In this document: positions 1-11,574 of the stretch, in pieces
Position numbering within the stretch: position 1 is the first letter of the stretch
Layout of the letters: each line of letters opens with the position of its first letter
Assembly (NCBI RefSeq): GCF_006345805.1
Contig: NC_043004.1
Coordinates: 97,402,001-97,466,000 of the forward strand
DNA length: 64,000 nt
Source: Octopus sinensis
Taxonomy: Eukaryota
Reading direction: 5' to 3'
Notes under the pieces: generated by a model
Databases searched by the model: none
Seen by the model: only the letters and a program-made list of their open reading frames with translations
What the model was told of the DNA's origin: nothing
Translations under genes and position numbers: made by a program

Positions 1-56
1 GCATTGCTGCATTCTAATGACTGAAACAGGTAAAAGAAAAAAGACAAAAGCATGCA

Positions 57-120
57 GCATTTACATTTGACGGATATTTGTCCTCAACTTGTTTGTTGTT
101 AACACAACGTTTCGGCTGAA
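57..120 (-). mobile_element. Truncated copy of the tRNA-like/HHR repeat family (family H), 3' half of the hammerhead only
   Basis: Reverse complement reads cagccGAAAcgTTgtgttaacaacaaacaag...ggacaaatatccgtcaaatg, matching the copies at 36780-37052 and 38485-38751. Confidence 0.75.
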
Positions 121-1309
<1,189 letters not shown>

Positions 1310-1317
1310 TATACCAA

Positions 1318-1659
1318 GGCGCATGGCTCAGTGGTTAGAGCGTCGAGCTTACGATCGTGAGGTTGTGAGCTCGAATCCCGGACCGGGCTGTGTGTTGTGT
1401 TCTTGAGCAAGGCACTTTATTTCACGTTGCTCCAGTTCACTCAGCTGTAGAAATGAGTTGCGACGTCACTGGTGCCAGGCTGTATCGACCTCTGTCTTTC
1501 CCTTGTATAACATCAGTGGCGTGGAGAGGGGAGGCCGGTATGCATGGGCGACTGCTGGCCTTCCATAAACAACCTTGCCCGGACTTGTGTCTAGGAAGGT
1601 AACTTTCTAGGTGCAATCCCATGGTTATTCATGACCGAAGGGGGTCTTTACCCTTTACC
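1318..1659 (+). mobile_element. tRNA-derived SINE (family C), near full length
   Basis: A box tggctcagtgg, B-box-like gagctcgaatccc, body gttgtgttcttgagcaaggcacttt, tail ctttaccctttacc; flanked by aatgtatac at 1306 and 1660 (probable TSD). Confidence 0.85.
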
Positions 1660-1745
1660 AATGTATACTATGAGTTTCTTTGCCCTAGGAGTTGGGAAGA
1701 CACTCGGCAAGAAATGGAAGCAAATTTGAAAGAAGAAAAAAAAAA
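1660..1745 (+). mobile_element. 3' UTR fragment of an R4/Dong-like non-LTR retrotransposon
   Basis: Near-identical to 2146-2235 (aatgtatacta-gagtttcttt-ccctaggagt-gggaagacactcggcaagaaatgg); runs into (TAA)n. Confidence 0.75.
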
Positions 1746-1859
1746 GTAATAATGATAATAATAATAAAAAATAATAATAATAATAATAATGATAATAATA
1801 CTAATAAGGATAATAATAATGATAATAATAATAATAATGATAATAATAATAAGAAGAAG

Positions 1860-2234
1860 AAAATATAAAGACCAGCTCATTGAAATTGAGAAAATGTGGC
1901 ATCTCAAGGCGGTTACAATACCAGTGATCGTAGGAGCACTAGGAATGATCAAGAAGGGAACCGAAAATTATATGAGAATGATCCCTGGCTTACCATCCCT
2001 GCAAGAAGTGCAAAAGATTGTCTTAACTGGTACATCACACGTATTGAGAAGAGCATTGTCGATGTGAGAACTATTACTACCCATGTATTTTAATTTAACT
2101 TTTAAAAAAATGAACGAACTAGTGAGTTTAGTTTAATGGCCTACCAATGTATACTACGAGTTTCTTTACCCTAGGAGTCGGGAAGACACTCGGCAAGAAA
2201 TGGTAGCAAATTTGAAAAAAGAGGAAAAAAAAAG

Positions 2235-2235
<1 letters not shown>
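1860..2235 (+). mobile_element. 5'-truncated R4/Dong-like non-LTR retrotransposon: C-terminus of the restriction-like endonuclease region plus 3' UTR
   Basis: Translation KYKDQLIEIEKMWHLKAVTIPVIVGALGMIKK...LQEVQKIVLTGTSHVLRRALSM* fits the R4-clade C-terminal pattern; flanked on both sides by (TAA)n. Confidence 0.85.
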
Positions 2236-2291
<56 letters not shown>

Positions 2292-2293
2292 TA

Positions 2294-2429
2294 TTTCTTT
2301 ACTACCCACAAGGGGTTAAACACAGAGAGGACAAACAAGGACAGACAGACAGATTAAGTCGATTACATCGACTCCAGTGCGTAACTGGTACTTAATTTAT
2401 CGACCCCGAAAGGATGAAAGGCAAAGTCG

Positions 2430-2430
<1 letters not shown>
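2294..2430 (-). mobile_element. Partial SINE (family B, Meta-domain-like)
   Basis: Reverse complement of tcgactttgcctttcatcctttcggggtcgataaattaagtaccag and of the 3' body of the copy at 38849. Confidence 0.85.
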
Positions 2431-2478
<48 letters not shown>

Positions 2479-2501
2479 TAATAACAATAATAACAATAAT
2501 A

Positions 2502-2667
2502 ACATCGAAAAATACTTTAAGAATGAAAACTCAGGTTCGAAATTTCCCCCAAGACACCTGATGAAGGCTGGTGGGTACATCCGCCAAAACGTTGTATTAA
2601 CAAAAAGCAAAAATCCGACAAATGAAAATAATGTACATAATTCCTCCTCTCTTGAATATAGAACTGA
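2502..2667 (+). mobile_element. Family H repeat with a degenerate hammerhead (GAAA>AAAA)
   Basis: gacacCTGATGAaggctgg...ccgccAAAAcgTTgtatt at 2553-2598, preceded by a TAA/CAA run as in other copies. Confidence 0.75.
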
Positions 2668-2865
2668 AATACATTCAGAGCATATTTTCTTCAATGGTGT
2701 CCATAGTCCTTATTCTAAAAGTCTATATTAGTCATGTAAATTTTATATGTATAGCGTCACTCTCATAAAAATAAGTTTAAATAGTCACTGCTGCACTATG
2801 CTAATTTTTTCATCCATAAGAAATGACCTGTGCTCTTCTCTGTTTCTCACTCTTTCTTTTTCTCC

Positions 2866-3329
2866 ATCATTCTGTGCCATCTCATTCTGCCTCCATCTAA
2901 TTCTGCCTCCGTCTCATTCTGCCTCCATCTCATTCTGCCTCCGTCTCATTCTGCCTCCGTCTCATTCTGCCTCCATCTAATTCTGCCTCCGTCTCATTCT
3001 GCCTCCGTCTCATTCTGCCTCCGTCTCATTCTGCCTCCATCTAATTCTGCCTCCATCTCATTCTGCCTCCATCTCATTCTGCCTCCATCTCATTCTGCCT
3101 CCATCTAATTCTGGCTCCGTCTCATTCTGCCTCCATCTAATTCGGCCTCCGTCTAATTCTGCCTCCGTCTCATTCTGCCTCCATCTCATTCTGCCTCCAA
3201 TTCATTCTGCCTCCGTCTCATTCTGCCTCCATCTAATTCTGCCTCCGTCTCATTCTGCCTCCGTCTCGTTCTGCCTCCATCTCATCCTGCCTCCATCTAA
3301 TTCTGCCTCCGTCTCATTCTGCCTCCATC
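2866..3329. repeat. 16-bp minisatellite (CTCATTCTGCCTCCRT / CTAATTCTGCCTCCRT), about 29 units
   Basis: Direct reading; the 16-aa periodicity in the ORF track equals 3 x 16 bp. Confidence 0.95.
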
Positions 3330-3759
3330 TCTACTACTGTGTAGATGACATATCCTATTAAATTGTCTGAACTGAATTTTTAAATCACCATATATTTGAA
3401 AAATTTCGTTAAAACTATATGTTCGTCGTATTCGTTGTTTCAACAAGACCGTCATTGCATAGATTCTAACGCTACGTTACGAAAGAAGACTTTGTAAACG
3501 TGTCAGGAGATAATACTTTCAGATTTTGTTTCGTTGTATGACATGATGCCACAAGTAAAAAAATAAATAAACGTTTGCAATGTGATTTATATATGCATCT
3601 GCACGCATGCACATGTACATGCATACTTACATATATATCTGCATATGTATGTGTGCATACGTATATATATATATATATGCACCAATATAGAAGTTTATTT
3701 ATGAGAATACGCATACATATACACATATAAGTATATAAACACACACATATACATACATA

Positions 3760-3918
3760 CTCTTTTACTCTTTTACTTGTTTCAGTCATTTGGCTGCGGC
3801 CATGCTGGAGCACCGCCTTTAATCGAGCAACTCGACCCCAGAACTTATTCTTTTGTAAGCCCAGTACTTATTCTATCGGTGTCTTTTGTCGAACCGCTAA
3901 GTACCGGGGACAGTAACA
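3760..3918 (-). mobile_element. 3' part of a family A SINE
   Basis: Reverse complement of the tail cagcatggccgcag...aatgactgaaacaagtaaaagagtaaaag seen at ~60140-60190. Confidence 0.85.
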
Positions 3919-3949
3919 TGTATATGTATAACACATACACACAGATATA

Positions 3950-3998
<49 letters not shown>

Positions 3999-4619
3999 TT
4001 TATATATATATATGCATATATCTGTGTGTATGTGTTATACATATATATATGTAAGCATATATGTATGTGTGTGTTTATATACTTATATGTGTATATGTAT
4101 GCGTATTCACATATATAAACTTCTATATTGGTGCATATTTACACACACACACACACACATACATACACACGCACATGCATATGTATACAAATATGTATAT
4201 ATTTGCGTATTTATGGTTGCTGTTTATTGTCATCTCATAATGTGGACAGATATTATGACAGTATTTAGTGTTAGAGAGTAGTAAGATCTGACGACGTTTT
4301 AGTAAGTCAATTAACACTAAGTCTCTTTACGTTATAACAACGAATTCTTTGTAATTGTGGATTACTACAATTACCAAACCGAAATTATACATTCATCAAG
4401 TGGTGGAGAGTCCCCAGCTCCTGATAGTACAGTAGGGTTACCATTCTTACATGCAGTATTTTCTGCACCTATTTAAACTTTCTGAAGCTCAATCGCCTCC
4501 GAACCTGAATACAGCCAATTCCATTAATGAGAAAATGGGAGAGTGGAGAAATGATGAGAGAGTGAGAGAGAGAGAAAGGGGGGAAGGAGGGAGAGAGAAA
4601 GAAGAGGGGTTTGTAGAAG

Positions 4620-4760
4620 AAGAGAGTACCTCAGTAATTGACTGGAACTTTATATATCGACTCCGAAAGGATAAAATGCAAACTTGACATCGGTTGGATG
4701 TCAGTGCATAAGCCGAAACAAATATTACAAAGCATTGCATTCAATGCTCTAAAGAATCAG
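4620..4760 (-). mobile_element. Degenerate family B SINE
   Basis: atcgactccgaaaggataaaatgcaaacttgacatcgg resembles atcgaccccgaaaggatgaaaggcaaagtcgacctcgg. Confidence 0.6.
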
Positions 4761-5039
4761 CCAATCGATACCCTTATCTGTCTATATATGAATGATTATG
4801 CGTGTGATTGTGTTTGTGAGGGTGGGGTGCAAGTGCATGTATCTGGATATGATATCAACGGCACTGTCAATTTGCTAACGCTACTATAGCAGATATGGAG
4901 GAGACACAAAGTGCTGATGGAAAGGGTAGAAAGAAGCCTAACTAATAAAAAAGGAGTTCGTTCTAGTGCCAAAAGTGCTTTGTATCAGGGCCCTATCAAT
5001 CATTCAACGATTTATAACGATCGTTTTTGATGATAAACA

Positions 5040-5380
5040 CCATAAAACATGTGATAACGGCAGAGCAAGCAGGATTTAAAAGCGATAAATCATGTATTGA
5101 ACAGATTCTTAAACTCCCGATTCTTATCGAGCAATTCTGAAACCTCATCGAATTCGTAGGAAGTTCCAACATTGTTGAGAAGAAAATGATTTGGAATCCA
5201 CTCCACCGTTACGAAACCCCCACAAATGCCCGTAATATCATTGACACACGTTTATCAAATGATATCGGATGAGATAGTGGAAATCTTTCAAATTAGAACA
5301 TGGAATTAAGCACAGATGTCATATTAACACAAATGGTTTTCTTGGTAGCAATTATTTGGATGGTACTTTAATGTAGGTTG
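5040..5380 (+). mobile_element. Degraded RTE-like LINE reverse transcriptase fragment
   Basis: AEQAGFKSDKSCIEQILKLPILIEQ then a frameshifted IW..L..Y..P segment and a GI+.GC-like motif. Confidence 0.65.
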
Positions 5381-5535
5381 TGATTGTTAAACATCATCGA
5401 ATGAGATATCGAGGAAAGCATCAATTACCGATAAGCTAAAAGCAGACACATACTTTGAGCCATTGATAACAACAAAGCCCTTGATGAAATTTATGACACC
5501 TTACCTCACATTCCTACACGAGTACACATCTCTTT

Positions 5536-5842
5536 AGAGGAGGCACATGGCCTAGTGGTTAAAGCAGCGGACTCACGGTCGTGGGATTGCGAGTTCGAAT
5601 CTCAGACCGGACGATGTGTGTGTTTATGAGCGAAACACCTAAGCTCCACGCGGCTCCAGCAGAAGGTAATGGCGAAACTTCTACTGACTCTTTCGCCACA
5701 ACTTTCTCTCACTCTTTCCTCCTGCATCTGGCAGCTCACCTGCGATGGACTGGCGTCCCGTCCAGGTGGGAGAACCTATACGCCAAGGAAACCGGCAAAC
5801 CGACCCTTATGATCCAGGCATGGCTCGAGAAGGAACAAACAA
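5536..5842 (+). mobile_element. tRNA-derived SINE (family D) with a V-domain-like motif and 12-bp TSD
   Basis: A box tggcctagtgg, B box gagttcgaatc, motif cctgcgatggactggcgtcccgtccagg; acacatctcttt at 5524-5535 and 5843-5854. Confidence 0.9.
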
Positions 5843-6529
5843 ACACATCTCTTTCACCTTCATCTTGCCACTCTATGTATTTCACAAAATCACAAGACAT
5901 TTCTTTCTTTTGTGCTAGTGTTGCATTATAACATTTCTTTCTTTCTTTTTTTTTTAACCTTTCTTCTCTCACTTCTCTCCCAACAGTACTAACATTCAAA
6001 CCACTACATACATTTCTACCACTATCTCCACATTCCTCTTAGCTTCGTTTTCACATCACACTCACACCTGCCACCAACTTCTTTTGCTCACAGCTGCTGC
6101 TGCCACCTACTCACACTGACACCTACAGTTACCTCAGCACTTTCACACTTTTCCTCTCACAAATAAGATTACACATACGCATCAACACCAAGACCTAATA
6201 CTACCAGTATCCTGCACCACTATACATTCACACTCGCTCACCTTTACACGCAATAACCCACTCAAAAAGTCACTTACGCATCTCTTTCACTCTTTCTCTC
6301 TACTTTTTTCATATTTTTCTTCTTATGAAAGACTAGCGTCAAAGACTTATGACGTTTTCACTGCTTTCAAGCGTTAAGTTAACACACCATTTGTTAAGGC
6401 TTGCTTTACCTGTGTTGTCTTCTGTTATTTTGTGTTCATTGCATTTAGTATCTATGTATGTTCGTGTGTGTTCATGGGTATGTGTGTGCATGTATATGCA
6501 CACACATATACGTATCTATGTATGTATGT

Positions 6530-6745
6530 CATTCAAAATGTGACCGCGTGTGTACCGTTGGCGATTTTTTCCTCCGTCTTCCCTTCTTTGGATCTTTCCT
6601 TTTCCTATGTTTCTGACGAAGAGCTCCGCTCGAAACGTTAAACCCTTCTTCTTTCCTTCTTCCCTGAGCGTCCAATAATACTATACTTGTTCCACGTCCT
6701 CGTGTTGTTGTGTTTTCTCTTTGTGTTTTCCTGTTTGGATTAACT
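6530..6745 (+). mobile_element. Short dispersed HHR-bearing repeat (family K; PLE pseudo-LTR-like)
   Basis: Homologous to minus-strand copies at ~10185-10340 and ~31625-31825. Confidence 0.8.
6609..6643 (+). ncRNA. Minimal type I hammerhead ribozyme motif, core intact
   Basis: GUUU-CUGACGA-A-GAGC(UCC)GCUC-GAAA-CG-UU-AAAC: stem I GUUU/AAAC, stem II GAGC/GCUC, palindromic AACGUU stem III. Confidence 0.8.
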
Positions 6746-6819
6746 TTATGTATATATATATATATGTTTGTGTGTGTGTGTGTGTGTTTGTTTGTGTGTG
6801 CGCGTGTGTGTGTATGTAT

Positions 6820-6985
6820 AGGCACAGACATGACTCTGTGCTAAGAAGTTTGCTTCCATATAACTTGGTTTTGGGTTCAGTCCCATTGCACATGGAACCT
6901 TTGGCGACGGTCTTCTACTATTGCCACAGACTGACCAAGCCCATGCGAGTGAATTTGGAGGATGGAAAATGAAAGCAGCCAGCCA
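6820..6985 (+). mobile_element. Degenerate family A SINE head
   Basis: gggttcagtcccattgc...tcttctactattgcc...gatggaaaatgaaagcagcc. Confidence 0.65.
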
Positions 6986-7029
6986 CATATATATTTTGAT
7001 TTTTTTCCGCATATCCATGGCTTCATCCG

Positions 7030-8965
7030 ACTCAACTCAGGTCACTGACCTAGTCGTGCTACACCTCTGTTAACAGCTTTGTCTATACTTTCCTACAAAT
7101 CGTGGTAGACTTTATTGTGACAGCAATCTTCTCATCACTACCGGCCTATCGAAACCGGCACTCAAGAGAACCAGAAAAACTCTCCATAAGTACTTCGCTA
7201 ACTTTAACTTAAGGACTACATTTGGAAACATAACCTTTGATTTAAACTCTTCTTGTATTCTAGTCCCGTATGTCTAATGAGTATCTAAAGAATGTTGCTA
7301 ATCACCCTAATAACCATATGTCTGTTTTATAAAGCATAAGTTATGGTATCTCCTTTAGAATTTCCAATTTGTCTGCAACTGAAAAAGTCTTTAATAAGTA
7401 TGCCACCTATGGCATACATGCAAATATATGGGAAACTACCACCTGTGTCATCTCTTGTGAAAGGTAAGAGAGTCCAGTTTGCTGGACATTGTTGTAGAGC
7501 TGAAAAAGAGGTAATTTCTACTCTTCTCCTCTGGAAGTCATCTACTCGCAATACCAGAGGGCGCACACTCTCCTACCCTGATGTAATCTCCAGGGATACA
7601 GGCATCCAGCAACAGGACCTCCGCAATGCCATGATGGACCGTGAAGTCTGGCGTAGCGTGGTAAATTACATTGTATCGACCACGGTCAAACAATGATGAT
7701 GATGATGCCACCTATTATAATCAAGCACTATCAGCCAGTGGGTTTTCTCACAATATAAAATTCTTACCTAACACCAAGAAGAATTACACAACACATTTAA
7801 ATCCTAGTTCTAGTCTCTCGAAAGCTACGAACATAAAAATACCCACTAGATATGGAAATATGTATCTCAGTCCCTCACTCCATAACAAACAACACACAGA
7901 ACACGTCCAACGGCCTGCCTTAAACCCAACAGAACTCACACGATAAATAAACCTGGGGATAAAATCATATTGCAGATACCTTCTAGGAACTTCAATTACA
8001 TGGCCCCAAGATTATCAAATAAAAGCGGGGAAGAATTATATTTTGGAATACATTCTCTTCTCTTTCAATGTTAAGGGCCTATCTAAGCAATTTTTCGCCA
8101 TTATTAAATCCAATTTCCTACCACAGCATAAATACCGCTCAATTTTTAATGTATCCCCTTTTAAATTATCTTATTCAGCTACACCTAATATCAGATAAAT
8201 CGTAGTTGCATCTAACAGGCGCAAATTTGACATACATAACTCACAATCTACGAACAACAACAACACACCACCGCTGCCATCACCACCACCACTACCACCA
8301 CCAACACCACCAACAACAACAGCAGCAGCAGCAACAGTAACAACAACAACAGTAATAGTGATTACACAACCAAGCACGGCAACTGCGTAGGATTAATTAA
8401 CTCTCAAGGGACTGGAACATCGATGTTCTCTATCACCAATACTTCTAATACAGCCAATCTTAACAATAATAGCATTCATAACACTGACAACACCCCAGAA
8501 TATTGCACAGATGAGGAATACGAATTGGACGAACGTAACTTAACACATGATTGGTTATTTTTAGTTACACCGATAGTAATTCACTTAATAAGCAGAACGC
8601 TAAACTAAATAGTTCCAATTGTAACTTTATAGTATTTGATAATTGCCCTTTACAAGCTAACTACAGAAGATGTAACGTAATATAAGTCGGCACTAGACAG
8701 ACAGCAAAACTCTAACAAGGTTTACATTGGAGCGACTGTTAATTTTAAATGCTTTCAAATATGAAAACCACAGCAGACCTACTCCTCTAGTTGACTATAT
8801 ACGCAAACTTCGGAACAAATATACCATACGATATAACATGGTTCGTTATTCACTCTTCTGTACCAGGACCAAAATGCTCCGTGTTGTTTATGCTTGAGAG
8901 AATTTAAACAAATACAAGAACACAACCCAACACAATTTTTGAATACACAATATGAAGCATTCTCT
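7030..8965 (+). mobile_element. Degraded Penelope-like element (RT, linker, GIY-YIG), interrupted by other insertions
   Basis: Frame-broken motifs ANHP, YYNQALSASGFSHNIKF, FFAIIKSNFLPQHKYRSIFN...KLSYSATPNI, KVYIGAT, CCLCLREFKQI...FLNTQYEAFS. Confidence 0.75.
7340..7707 (+). mobile_element. 3' end of an RTE-like LINE nested in the PLE
   Basis: LPPVSSLVKGKRVQFAGHCCRAEKEVISTLLLWK...RGRTLSYPDVISRDTG...AMMDREVWRSVV, then a (TGA)n tail. Confidence 0.8.
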
Positions 8966-9424
8966 CTAGGGTTATAATTATGTGTGACATTTTCATTTGA
9001 CACCGCTAGAAAAAAATCCCATTTTCCGTAGCGGTGTCGTATGAAATTGTCACCCATAATTATAACCCTAGTATCGATCTATTGCATTTCAATCTGTTTT
9101 AGGGTTAGGGTTAGGGGTGGGGTTAGGGTTGGGGAAGGGTAACTTTTTTTCTTCGCAAATGTAAATAAACCCAATCTGTTTCTTAAACGAGGGACATATT
9201 CATGCAGCACGGAATGTTTTCACCCCAAATGGACTCCAGCGATTGGTTAAAATTGCCGAAATGCTCGAAATTAAAGTGGAAATATCTTACAAACTATAGA
9301 ATTTTCTCAATAAAGCCAAGAAAAAATTATGCTTTATAAACACATTCTACCAGTTTATGAAGTTTAAAAGTGTTTAGTTAACTAGAAATTGTGTTGACAT
9401 GTGCCGTTCAAAAGGAAAAGATCC
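8966..9424. mobile_element. Non-autonomous DNA-element-like repeat with a terminal hairpin and TTAGGG tract
   Basis: Inverted repeat 8966-9017/9021-9071; ttagggttagggttagggg at ~9099-9135; interrupts the PLE endonuclease reading. Confidence 0.55.
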
Positions 9425-10150
9425 CATTGTCCTTTAGTGTTCATAAATTCTATAAGACTTTTTGATTTTACTACAAATCTAAATGCAGTAAGACGAACCT
9501 CTCTGTATAATTCTCTGACACTTTACTTTTATGTAAACGTAGTTAAGATATAGCATAAGCTTATTTAATTAAGTTAGTATATTTAGATTTTTATCGTATT
9601 CATCTGTTTTAACTCGTCATACATTGCTGTATTACTTATACTTTCTCTCTTCACCTAGCTCATAATTTATACATTATCTATTTAAAAACGTTAGTTAAAT
9701 TAAATTAATATATTTTATTTGCGTGTATTTAATTTAATTTTATTTTATCTTAATCTGTTATACTTCACTTTATTCGAATCTAATAATAACTTAATATTTT
9801 ATTCAATCTCTGCGAACTTACACTTTCAATACTACTTTTGGTTTAATTCTATAACTGACATCATTATAACCAGTTAAAATTACTCCTGATCTCTTTATTC
9901 CTCTACACTATAACCTCCCTCCTAATATTTTGTATTACTCCTTCCCAACGACACACTTTTCTAAACTGCTATTGTCTGTATCTTAGTTGAAACCCTAAAA
10001 CGCGATCCCACTCCCTGTAGTTATCTGATAATTCTAACCTACATTGGTCATCGCCACAACAAATGGGTTGTTGCCATTATACATATGGCATTACCACAGC
10101 ACCTCTCCTTCCCTACTGATTTGAGCATGCCCTATTCCTATATATGTGTG

Positions 10151-10184
<34 letters not shown>

Positions 10185-10188
<4 letters not shown>

Positions 10189-10340
10189 ATCCAAACAAGA
10201 AAACACAGAAAAAAACACAGCAACGCGAGGACGGGAACAATTAAAGTATTATTTGACGCTCAGGAAAGAAGGGAAGGAGGGTTTAATGTTTCGAGCGGAG
10301 TTCTTCGTCGGAAACAAGGAGAAGGAAAGATCCCAAGAAG
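10185..10340 (-). mobile_element. Family K copy with a mutated hammerhead (CCGACGA)
   Basis: Reverse complement gtttCCGACGAagaactccgctcGAAAcaTTaaac at 10281-10315. Confidence 0.75.
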
Positions 10341-10344
10341 GTAA

Positions 10345-10620
10345 AAAAATACAAACTGGGACAAGAACGTGAAACATTTAGAAGACGACACAAAAAACAC
10401 AGACGGGACATTCGAAGCCTTCAATCTTCATTCAAGAACCGGATCATCTTCGCAATTTCGGCTGATTAATCTTGAGATTGCTCCGACCTGGCCAGCCCCA
10501 AAGGAAAATTTAAGCCAAGCGCATTAGATTCCCTGGAAGAAAGCCTCGAATGTATACAAAACAAGGACGGAAAACGGACGATGTTACACGAATGAAAATA
10601 CAAAAATACGTAAAAACAAT
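10345..10620 (-). repeat. Dispersed repeat, homologous to 56535-56630
   Basis: Shared agccgaaattgcga-gatgatccggttcttga-tgaagatt and tcgtcttctaaat...cgttcttgtcccagt. Confidence 0.7.
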
Positions 10621-10622
10621 AA

Positions 10623-10666
<44 letters not shown>

Positions 10667-10802
10667 GTGTGTGCACGTATGTATGTATGAATATATAAAG
10701 GAATGTGTTTGTTAGGGGATGTGTATGTACATACACACACACATTTCAATTTAATATACAACTGAAAAGCTAGCAGTAGTTTCGTGTTCTTATGATTTAT
10801 TA

Positions 10803-11018
10803 AATATATTTCTTTATTGCCCACGAGGGGCTAAACACAGGGCGGACAAACAAGGACAGACAAAGGGATTAATACGATTACATCGACCCCAGTACGAAAC
10901 TGATACTTTATCTATCGACCCCGAAAGGATGAAAGGCAAAGTCGACCTCGGCGGAATTTGAACTCAGAACGTAACGGCAGACGAAATACGGCTACGCATT
11001 TCTGCCAGCTCGCCGCCT
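10803..11018 (-). mobile_element. Family B SINE with a small head deletion
   Basis: Reverse complement begins aggcggcgagctggcagaaa; B box gagttcaaattcc; Meta-like body. Confidence 0.9.
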
Positions 11019-11029
11019 CTAATTACACA

Positions 11030-11573
11030 ATGTATCCCAAAGCAATCTTTCAGGCTCTGTTTAGCTTATTTGCTAGTATGGGTATATTATTTTAAGGAGT
11101 AATCAACGGGATATAAATCTATGTATAAATCTTTTTGAAGAATCCTTAGAGTCACTTCATTTTATGTGGCTATAAACCAAGCAATGTGGAAATTAAATTT
11201 CCAACAGAAACCGACGTATTTGGAGGTATATAATTTACAATTCCAATCCACGCAATGTGGAAATTAAATTTGCAACAGAATCCGACGTATTTGGAGGTAT
11301 ATAATTTACAATTCCAATAGCAATAGAATGAACAAAACAAGAAAAATAGTCCATCCAGTGAGAGGTAAATATCTACAAATGCGTGGGTTTTTTATTTCAA
11401 ATTCAATTTCCACATTGTTTGGCGTACAGACAGATAATGTTGAGTGACTCTAAAGATTCTTCAAAAGTTTATAAACTCTATTATGGATCTATATGCCATA
11501 GGTTACTTCATAAAAATATACCTATACCAGCAAATAAACTAAACAGAACCTGAAAGATTGCATTGAGATACAT
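11030..11573. mobile_element. Foldback/MITE-like element with ~190-bp imperfect terminal inverted repeats
   Basis: atgtatcccaaagcaatctttcagg...gaagaatccttagagtcact...caatgtggaaatt mirrored by aatttccacattg...agtgactctaaagattcttc...cctgaaagattgcattgagatacat; internal ~70-bp direct duplication. Confidence 0.8.
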
Positions 11574-11574
11574 A

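Noticed and set aside
1318-1390. Possible tRNA gene (also at 5538, 35551 and 38679)
   Set aside because: Cloverleaf stems are imperfect and each runs into a repeat body; these are tRNA-derived segments, not genes
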